Source: an uncultured Actinomycetes bacterium (GTDB taxonomy: Bacteria > Actinomycetota > UBA4738 > HRBIN12). Taken from it: 36,328 bases of DNA. The notes beneath the pieces are model-generated. The model had not been told where the DNA came from. It did no database searches and saw only the letters and a list, made by a program, of their open reading frames with translations. Both the position numbers and the translations under genes were made by a program. Shown in pieces: positions 6,442 through 13,303 of the stretch (positions within the stretch are counted from its first letter, which is position 1; every line of letters starts with the position of its first letter). The stretch spans positions 1 through 36,328 of the forward strand of contig CAYVCH010000002.1 in NCBI GenBank assembly GCA_964449755.1, given 5' to 3'.

Positions 6442-8154
6442 ATGGCCATCGCGATCCCCCGTCCCGTGCGGAGGCCGGTCGAGTTCTCGTCCCGCACCTG
6501 CGAGCTCACGGGGCTCCGTGTCGACCTGGTCGCCCAGCGCCTCATCGTGACGAACGCCGTGACCGCCATCGTCTTCCTGTTGATCGGCGGGGTGATGGCG
6601 CTCCTGGTGGGGCTCACCCGGTGGCCGGCCATCGGCCTGCTCTCGTCCCAGCCCGACCTCTACTTTCGAGCCGTCACCCTGCACGGCCAGAACATGCTGC
6701 TGTTCTGGATCATCTTCTTCGAGGTCGCTGGGCTGTACTTCGGGAGCGCCGTGGCGCTGAACGCCAGGTTGGTGAAACCGGGCCTGGCGTGGCTGGCCTA
6801 CGGGCTCATGCTGGGCGGGGCGGTCCTCACCGACGTCGTGGTGTTCACGGGGAGGGGCACCGTGATGTGGGATGCCTACATCCCCCTCCGGGCGCACCCG
6901 CTGTTCTACGTGGGGTACGACCTGTTCGCCGTGGGCGCCCTGCTGGCGGTGGGGCTGTTCTTCGCGACCATCGTGGTGGCCAGAGCCGAGGGGCGCTTCA
7001 CGGGGTCCCTGCCGCTGTTCACCTACGGGCTCGTCGCCGCCGGCATCATCGCCACCTTCACCTTGCTGGGCGGGGTCATCACGTTCGTGCCGGCCCTCTT
7101 CTGGGCCCTCGGCATCATGGACTTCGATCCCGAGGTCTACCGACTGAACCTGTGGGCCATGGGACACGGCAGCCAGCAGATCAACCTGGCGGCCATGGTG
7201 GCCATCTGGTACCTGCTCGCGCACCTCACGACCGGGGCCCGCGTGCTCAACCAGAAGCTCAGCCGGTTCGCCTTCATCCTGTACATCCTGTTCATCAACC
7301 TGGGGTCCAACCACCACCTGCTGACCGATCCCGGCCTCACCATCGGCTACAAGGTCTGGAACACCAGCTACGCGATGTACGGGGCCGTCCTCGGGAGCAT
7401 GATCCACGCCTTCTCGATCCCCTCCTCGGTGGAGGTGGCCCAGCGGGCCAGGGGGTACGGCCGGGGGCTCTTCGAGTGGCTCCGGAAGGGACCCTGGCGG
7501 AACCCCGGCTTCTCGGCCCTGGTGCTCTCGATGGTGGGGTTCGGCTTCCTCGCGGGCACCACCGGCGTGGTCTGGGGCCACGAGCAGATCAACATCATCC
7601 ACCACAACACGCTGTCGGTGCCCGGCCACTTCCACGCGACCGTGGTGCTGGGGACCACCCTCGCGTTCATGGGACTGACCTACTACGTGATCCCGCTCAT
7701 CGCCCGCCGGGAGCTGGTGGGCAGGCGCTGGGCGGCGGTGCAACCCTACGTCTACGGGGCCGGCGTCGCCCTCCTGGCGGTGGGGATGGTGACCTCGGGT
7801 GGCCTCGGGGTCCCCAGGAGGGTCCCGACCCTCGACTACCCGGGGGCCCCCGTGCCCGTCGCGTTCAGCGGGGGCGCCTACACGGCCCTCACCGTCATGG
7901 GCATCGGGGCGGTGCTGGCGCTGGTGGGCGGCGCCCTGTTCATCGGGATCGCCGTCGGCTCGGTGCTGTGGGGCCGGCGGATCCCCGTGGGGCAGGCGCC
8001 GCAAAGCGTCGCCATTGCGCCCGCCGTCGACCTGGATGCCGTGGAGCACCGGGCCCCGGGGACCCTGGTCATGGCCCTGGTCTTCCTCGGCTGGTTCGCC
8101 GTCGTGGTCCTGGGCAACCTCTGGCGTCTGGGGAGCCTGTGGCCCTTGAGCTAG
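6442..8154 (+). CDS. cbaA: Heme-copper oxidase superfamily catalytic subunit I, B-family (ba3-like), with a non-canonical active-site helix VI (no cross-link Tyr).
   Basis: 570 aa and polytopic. Matches to Thermus CbaA include VTLHGQN (heme b His), NHHLLTDPGL (His-His), RGLFEWLRKGPWRNPGF, HHNTLSVPGHFHATV and GVPRR. The GHPIVYFW segment is replaced by GHGSQQIN (7162-7185). Confidence 0.9.
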   Translation: MAIAIPRPVRRPVEFSSRTCELTGLRVDLVAQRLIVTNAVTAIVFLLIGGVMALLVGLTRWPAIGLLSSQPDLYFRAVTLHGQNMLLFWIIFFEVAGLYFGSAVALNARLVKPGLAWLAYGLMLGGAVLTDVVVFTGRGTVMWDAYIPLRAHPLFYVGYDLFAVGALLAVGLFFATIVVARAEGRFTGSLPLFTYGLVAAGIIATFTLLGGVITFVPALFWALGIMDFDPEVYRLNLWAMGHGSQQINLAAMVAIWYLLAHLTTGARVLNQKLSRFAFILYILFINLGSNHHLLTDPGLTIGYKVWNTSYAMYGAVLGSMIHAFSIPSSVEVAQRARGYGRGLFEWLRKGPWRNPGFSALVLSMVGFGFLAGTTGVVWGHEQINIIHHNTLSVPGHFHATVVLGTTLAFMGLTYYVIPLIARRELVGRRWAAVQPYVYGAGVALLAVGMVTSGGLGVPRRVPTLDYPGAPVPVAFSGGAYTALTVMGIGAVLALVGGALFIGIAVGSVLWGRRIPVGQAPQSVAIAPAVDLDAVEHRAPGTLVMALVFLGWFAVVVLGNLWRLGSLWPLS

Positions 8155-8171
8155 CGGGCGTGGAGTAGCGC

Positions 8172-8666
8172 ATGAAGCTCTCGCGGGAGAGCGAGTACGG
8201 GCTGAAGGCCCTCGTGTACCTCGCGACCCAGCCGCCGGGCAGCATCATCCAGGCGGGACGGCTGGCCGAGGCCGCCGGGCTGCCGCCCATGTTCCTGGCC
8301 AAGACCCTGCGGAAGCTGACGCGCCACGGGATCCTCCGCTCCCACCAGGGAAGGAACCGCGGTTACGGCCTGGGCCGGCCCCCGGGGGAGATCTGCGTGC
8401 GGGAGGTGCTGGAGACCATCGAGGGCCCCGACCTGTTCGAGCGCTGCGTGTTCTGGAGCGACCTGTGCTCCGAGCGCAACCCGTGCCTGCTGCACGAGAC
8501 CTGGCGGACGGTGCGGCCGGTCATGCGGGAGCTCATGGAGCACATCTCGCTGGATGAGGTGGCGGAGGGCCACCCGCTGCCGGGGGTGGCCGGGGCGAGG
8601 TTCGTGCGGGGGACAGCATCATCAGGACCCGGTGGGAGGTCGAGGCCGTCCAGGGTGGGGCCGTGA
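8172..8666 (+). CDS. Rrf2-family transcriptional regulator (IscR/NsrR-like) with putative Fe-S ligands.
   Basis: 164 aa. The N-terminal wHTH MKLSRESEYGLKALVYLA is typical of Rrf2 proteins. The ligand pattern is C92-x6-C99-x5-C105-x2-H108 (8445-8495). It starts 17 nt after subunit I, and its stop overlaps the ctaB start. Confidence 0.85.
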   Translation: MKLSRESEYGLKALVYLATQPPGSIIQAGRLAEAAGLPPMFLAKTLRKLTRHGILRSHQGRNRGYGLGRPPGEICVREVLETIEGPDLFERCVFWSDLCSERNPCLLHETWRTVRPVMRELMEHISLDEVAEGHPLPGVAGARFVRGTASSGPGGRSRPSRVGP

Positions 8667-9595
8667 GGGCGCGGTCGGGGGCGGCCCTGGTGGCCGGGAC
8701 GGAGGGCGCGGTTGCCGAGCGCGCCCCTTGGCTGGCCCCCTACGTGGCCCTCACGAAGCCTCGGGTCGTCTCCCTGCTCGTCCTGACCGGTGCCTGCGCG
8801 GCGGTGGTGGGCGCCGGCGGCCGTGCCGACGCCACGGTCCTGGCGGCCGTCGTGGGGGGCGGGGGGCTTGCCGCCGGAGGGGCCAACGCCCTGAACTGCG
8901 CCCTGGACCGGGACCTGGACGCGCTGATGGCCCGCACGCGGGATCGCCCCCTGCCCCGGGGCAGGGTTCCGACGGCGCACGCCGTGGCCCTCGGTCTCGC
9001 GCTCAACGCCCTGGCGGCCCTCTGGCTGGTTGGAGCCGCCAACGTCCTGGCGGCGGTCCTGGCCCTGGCCGGCTCCGCCTGGTACGTGGTCGTGTACACC
9101 TGGTGGCTGAAGCGACGGTCCCCGCAGAACATCGTCATCGGGGGCGCCGCGGGTTGCTTTCCGCCGCTCGTGGGGTGGGCGGCCGCCACGGGTACGGTGG
9201 ATGGCACGGCCCTGGCTCTGGCGGCCGTCGTCTTCTTGTGGACCCCCGTTCACTTCTGGGCCCTGGCCACCCTGCTCCGCGAGGACTACCGCCGGGCGGG
9301 GGTGCCTATGCTTCCCGTCGTGGCGCCGCCGACCAGGGTGGCCCGTCTGATGCTCGGCTACGCGGTGGCGACGGCCCTGGCCAGCCTCTCGCCGGTGGCC
9401 TGGGGCGGACTCGGTCTCCCCTACCTGGTGGTGGCGCTGGCCGGCGGGGTCGGGCTGGTGCGGCGGGCGTGGGCGCACCGGCGGCGACCCGGCGCCAGCC
9501 CGACCCGCGGCCTGTACCGGTACTCGCTCGCGTACGTGGCCGGGTTGTTCGTGACCGCCGCGCTGGAGCGGATGGCGTTCCTCGTCGGAGGCTAG
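8663..9595 (+). CDS. ctaB: Protoheme IX farnesyltransferase (heme O synthase).
   Basis: 310 aa, starting at a GTG in a GTGA overlap. UbiA-family motifs are present: YVALTKPRVVSLLV, NALNCALDRDLDALMARTRDRPLPRG, WTPVHFWALA. Confidence 0.9.
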   Translation: MRARSGAALVAGTEGAVAERAPWLAPYVALTKPRVVSLLVLTGACAAVVGAGGRADATVLAAVVGGGGLAAGGANALNCALDRDLDALMARTRDRPLPRGRVPTAHAVALGLALNALAALWLVGAANVLAAVLALAGSAWYVVVYTWWLKRRSPQNIVIGGAAGCFPPLVGWAAATGTVDGTALALAAVVFLWTPVHFWALATLLREDYRRAGVPMLPVVAPPTRVARLMLGYAVATALASLSPVAWGGLGLPYLVVALAGGVGLVRRAWAHRRRPGASPTRGLYRYSLAYVAGLFVTAALERMAFLVGG

Positions 9596-9617
9596 GAGCT
9601 CGGGAAGGAGGATCGGG

Positions 9618-10037
9618 ATGGCGCGACGGCTCTTGCTGGCCCTGGCAGTCGTGGCCCTGGCCGTCCCCGCTTGCGGCGGCGGAGGGGGCGGAGGGGGCGG
9701 CGGTGGCATCGCCGTGAAGCTCGCCGAGTGGTCCGTGACCGTGGACCCGGCCAGCGCCCCGGCCGGGACTGTTACGTTCAACGTCGAGAACGGCGGCGCC
9801 AACGTCCACGAGCTCGTGGTGTTCAAGACCGAGCTGGCGGAGGATGCCCTGCCCGTCGTCGGGGACGCGGTGGACGAGACGGCGCCCGACCTGACCCTCG
9901 TCGACGAGGTGGAGGACATCGCGCCGGGGGGCACCGCCACGCTGACCGTTGACCTGGAGCCCGGGAACTACGTGTTGATCTGCAACATCAGCGGGCACTA
10001 CTCGCGGGGGATGCACGCCGCCTTCGCCGTGAGCTGA
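9618..10037 (+). CDS. Lipoprotein cupredoxin (type-1 blue copper protein).
   Basis: 139 aa with RBS GGAAGGAGG. The signal peptide ends in ...LAVPAC, followed by an 11-Gly tether (9675-9707). Copper ligand pattern: His in NVHELVV, then CNISGHYSRGM (C-x4-H-x4-M). Confidence 0.75.
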   Translation: MARRLLLALAVVALAVPACGGGGGGGGGGGIAVKLAEWSVTVDPASAPAGTVTFNVENGGANVHELVVFKTELAEDALPVVGDAVDETAPDLTLVDEVEDIAPGGTATLTVDLEPGNYVLICNISGHYSRGMHAAFAVS

Positions 10038-10252
10038 CCCCGGCAGGGTGGTGGCCCCGGCCAGGGCTCGAGCGGGTGCGGCGGGCCCGGGCATGGGTCT
10101 AGCTGGAGGGGCGCGAGCTCGGCGGCCACCCCAGCCGGCGGCCACCTCGGGGGAGTCGGCCCCGGGAGCAGCACCCGGCTGACGCCGCCGGGCTGCCGGG
10201 CGACAGATCGTGGCCACTGCGCGGCCCGGGCTGCAGCCGGTAGCCTGAGCCC

Positions 10253-11413
10253 GTGGACTTCGACCTCAGCCCCGAGCAGGAGGAGTTCCGGCGGACGGTC
10301 CGGGAGTTCGCCGAGGAGGTGGTCCGCCCCCGGGCCGACGAGGCCGACCGGGCCGAGGCGCTGCCCATGGACGTGGTCCGGAAGATGGGGGAGCTCGGCC
10401 TCTTCGGCCTCCCCTTCCCCGAAGCCTACGGGGGCCAGGGCGCCGACTTCCTCACGTTCTGCCTGGCCGTGGAGGAGCTCGGCCGGGTGGACCAGTCCAT
10501 CGGCATCACCCTGGCGGCCGCCGTGGGTCTCGGGGCCGCCCCCATCCACCGCTTCGGCACCGAGGAGCAGCGACGACGGTGGCTCGTGCCCATGTGCCGG
10601 GGGGAGGCCCTGGGGGCCTTCGCCCTCACCGAGCCGGGGGCTGGCTCCGACGCTGCCGGGATCCGGACCCGGGCGCGCCTGGAGGGCGGGGAGTGGGTCA
10701 TCGAGGGGTCCAAGGCCTTCATCACGAACTCCGGCACGCCCCTCACCTCGGTGATCGTGGTGGCCGCCGTCACCGACGCCGAGGACGGGCGGCGGCTGTC
10801 GCAGATCCTCGTGCCCGCCGGAACCCCGGGGCTCACCGTCGCCCCCGCCTACCGCAAGCTCGGCTGGCGGGCCAGCGACACCCACGAGCTCGCCTTCTCG
10901 GGCTGTCGGGTCCCCGAGGACCACCTCCTGGGGGAGCGGGGCCGGGGCCTCGCCCAGTGCCTGGAGATCCTCGACGCCGGCCGGATCTCCACGGCGGCCC
11001 TGGCCGTGGGCCTGGCCCAGGCCTGTCTGGAGGCGAGCGTCGCCTACGCGAAGGAGCGGCGGGCCTTCGGGCGGCCCATCGGGGAGTTCGAGGGGATCCA
11101 GTTCAAGGTGGCCGACATGCGGGTGGCGGTGGAGACGGCCCGCCTGGCCACCTACCGGGCGGCCTGGCTCAAGGACCAGGGGAGGCCCCACAAGGCCGAG
11201 GCGGCCCTGGCCAAGCTCCACGCGAGCGAGGCGGCGGTGGCCTGCGCGCGGGCGGCGGTCCAGGTCTTCGGCGGCTACGGGTTCATCGAGGAGTCGCCGG
11301 TGGCCCGGTACTACCGGGACGCCAAGATCCTGGAGATCGGGGAGGGTACCAGCGAGATGCAGCGGCTCCTCCTCGCCCGGGACCTGGGGCTCCCCGACGT
11401 CCTGGGGACGTGA
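10253..11413 (+). CDS. Acyl-CoA dehydrogenase (FAD-dependent).
   Basis: 386 aa with full-length ACAD architecture: GAFALTEPGAGSDAAG, GSKAFITNSG, QVFGGYGFIEESPVARYYRDAKILEIGEGTSEMQ. Confidence 0.92.
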   Translation: MDFDLSPEQEEFRRTVREFAEEVVRPRADEADRAEALPMDVVRKMGELGLFGLPFPEAYGGQGADFLTFCLAVEELGRVDQSIGITLAAAVGLGAAPIHRFGTEEQRRRWLVPMCRGEALGAFALTEPGAGSDAAGIRTRARLEGGEWVIEGSKAFITNSGTPLTSVIVVAAVTDAEDGRRLSQILVPAGTPGLTVAPAYRKLGWRASDTHELAFSGCRVPEDHLLGERGRGLAQCLEILDAGRISTAALAVGLAQACLEASVAYAKERRAFGRPIGEFEGIQFKVADMRVAVETARLATYRAAWLKDQGRPHKAEAALAKLHASEAAVACARAAVQVFGGYGFIEESPVARYYRDAKILEIGEGTSEMQRLLLARDLGLPDVLGT

Positions 11414-11506
11414 TCCGGCCGCGGGGGGCGTCCGTCTCCGGCGTTGCGCCGCGCCCCCGATAAGCTCTTAGGCCGTCCCCGGTGCCGAGGAGGGAAGGAG
11501 GGAGCG

Positions 11507-11815
11507 ATGGCGGACTTCGTGACCGTGGGGCAGGCCGACGAGGTGGCCGAGGGGGAGGTCGCGGCCTTCGTCCTCGACGACCGCACCATCGCGGTGGCCA
11601 ACGTGGACGGCGCGCTCTACGCCTTCGACGACGTGTGCCCCCACGCGGCCTGCTCCCTCTCCGAGGGGGAGCTCGAGGGCAGCGTCATCGAGTGCCCCTG
11701 CCACGGGAGCCGCTTCGACGTCACGAACGGCGAGGTCCTGGCCGGCCCGGCCACGGGGCCCGTGGAGACCTTCACCGTTCGCGAGCAGGGCGGCGACCTG
11801 CAAGTGGCCGTGTAG
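11507..11815 (+). CDS. Rieske-type [2Fe-2S] ferredoxin.
   Basis: The ATG at 11507 follows GGAGGGAAGGAGGGAG. The 102-aa product has CPH-x16-CPCHG Rieske ligands. The track ORF starting at 11444 is probably an upstream over-extension. Confidence 0.85.
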   Translation: MADFVTVGQADEVAEGEVAAFVLDDRTIAVANVDGALYAFDDVCPHAACSLSEGELEGSVIECPCHGSRFDVTNGEVLAGPATGPVETFTVREQGGDLQVAV

Positions 11816-11821
11816 CCGAGC

Positions 11822-13048
11822 GTGGGCGGGCCCACCTTCGTCGTCGTCGGGGCCGGCCTGTGCGGGGCGACGGTCGCCGCGGCCCTGCGGGCCGGGGGCT
11901 TCGACGGCCGGCTGGTGGTGGTCGGCGAGGAGCCGCTCCCGCCCTACGAGCGGCCCCCGCTGTCCAAGGAGTACCTGCGCGGGGAGCAGCCCCTGGACCG
12001 GGCCTACGTCCGGGAGCCCGCCTGGTACGAGGAGAACGGGGTGGAGCTCCGCCTGGGGACCCGGGCCGAGCGCGTGGACCCGACGGCGAGGGAGGTCCAC
12101 CTGGCGGGAGGGGAGCGCCTGGTCTACGACGCCCTGTGCCTGGCGACGGGCTCGAGGAACCGCCGGCTGCCGGTGCCCGGGGCCGACCTGCCCGGGGTCT
12201 TCGACCTGCGGACGGCCGGTGACTGCGACCGCATCCGCGAGGCCGCCTCCCGCGCCTCCCGGGCGGTCGTCGTGGGGATGGGCTTCATCGGGGCGGAGGT
12301 GGCGGCCTCCCTCCGGGGGGTGGGTCTGGAGGTGGTGGCCGTGGAGATGTTCGGGACCGTCCTCGAGCGGGTCCTGGGACCGGAGCTGGGCCGGGTCCTG
12401 GAGGGCCTGCACCGGGACCACGGCGTCCAGATGGTGTTCGGGGAGGCCGTGGAGCGGCTGGAGGGGGCGGGCCGCTTCGAGGCCGCCGTGACGCGCTCCG
12501 GCCGGCGGCTCGAGGGGGACCTGTGCGTCGTCGGGGTCGGGACGGTGCCGGCCACGGAGGTCCTCCAGGGAAGCGCCGTCCCCACCGACGGCGGGGTGCA
12601 CGTGGACGCCGCCCTGAGGGCGGCGGCCCCCGGGCTCTTCGCCGCCGGCGACGTGGCCCTCCACGACCACCCGGTCTTCGGGCCCGTCCGGGTCGAGCAC
12701 TACGACAACGCCATCAAGATGGGGGAGGCCGTGGCCCGTTCCATGCTGGGGCGGACGGAGGCCTTCGACGACCCCCACTGGTTCTGGTCGGACCAGTACG
12801 ACACCCGCATCGAGGTGGCCGGCGTGGCGACGGCCTGGGACGGGATGGTGGTCCGGGGGAGCCTGGAGGAGCGGCGCTTTGCCGCCTTCCTCCTGGAAGA
12901 CGGCGTGCTTCGCTCGACGGTGACGGTGAACTGGCCCCGGGACGCCCGCCGGTCCATGCCCCTCATCCGCGCCGCGGCCCGTCCCGACCCCGGGGCCCTC
13001 GGGGACCCCGAACTGGATCTGCGCGCCCTGGCCCCGAGGGCGGATTGA
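11822..13048 (+). CDS. Ferredoxin-NAD(P)+ reductase (FAD-dependent pyridine nucleotide-disulfide oxidoreductase).
   Basis: 408 aa with VVVGAGLCGATVAAALR (FAD GxGxxG), VVVGMGFIGAEVAASL (NAD fold) and AAGDVA. It lies 6 nt downstream of the Rieske ferredoxin. Confidence 0.88.
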   Translation: MGGPTFVVVGAGLCGATVAAALRAGGFDGRLVVVGEEPLPPYERPPLSKEYLRGEQPLDRAYVREPAWYEENGVELRLGTRAERVDPTAREVHLAGGERLVYDALCLATGSRNRRLPVPGADLPGVFDLRTAGDCDRIREAASRASRAVVVGMGFIGAEVAASLRGVGLEVVAVEMFGTVLERVLGPELGRVLEGLHRDHGVQMVFGEAVERLEGAGRFEAAVTRSGRRLEGDLCVVGVGTVPATEVLQGSAVPTDGGVHVDAALRAAAPGLFAAGDVALHDHPVFGPVRVEHYDNAIKMGEAVARSMLGRTEAFDDPHWFWSDQYDTRIEVAGVATAWDGMVVRGSLEERRFAAFLLEDGVLRSTVTVNWPRDARRSMPLIRAAARPDPGALGDPELDLRALAPRAD

Positions 13049-13236
13049 TGCTGCCCCCCGGGGTGACCCACGTGCCCTGCGACCTGGACCGGCAGCAGCG
13101 CCTGGCCCGAGCCGCCCGGGAGCGGGCGGGGCGCGGCCTGCGCCCCTCGGGCCGGCGGGGCCTCCGGCGGGAACCCGGCCCCGGGCACGACCTGCGGCCG
13201 CGGGGCGAGGACGTCTGGCGCGCCCTGCGCTGGTAG
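13048..13236 (+). CDS. Possible small Arg-rich ORF (62 aa), translationally coupled to the reductase.
   Basis: ATGA overlap with the reductase stop, and about 60 of 62 codons end in G or C. There is no recognisable domain. The composition is also what shadow frames look like. Confidence 0.2.
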   Translation: MLPPGVTHVPCDLDRQQRLARAARERAGRGLRPSGRRGLRREPGPGHDLRPRGEDVWRALRW

Positions 13237-13303
13237 CCGCGGTGGCCCACGGCGGGGCCGTGCTAGGCTGCGGGACGCGCCCCGCCCGCGACAGGAGACC
13301 GAC

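Noticed and set aside
9675-9707. G-rich tandem-looking repeat (GGCGGCGGAGGGGGCGGAGGGGGCGGCGGTGGC) that could be taken for a repeat element or G-quadruplex array.
   Set aside because: It is in frame and encodes the 11-Gly tether of the lipoprotein cupredoxin. It is not a CRISPR or other interspersed repeat. No spacer-repeat periodicity exists anywhere in the window.
8554-9717. 387-aa ORF spanning the rrf2 3' end, ctaB and the cupredoxin start.
   Set aside because: It is an alternate frame of ctaB, which has unambiguous UbiA-family motifs. The product is Gly/Arg/Pro low complexity.
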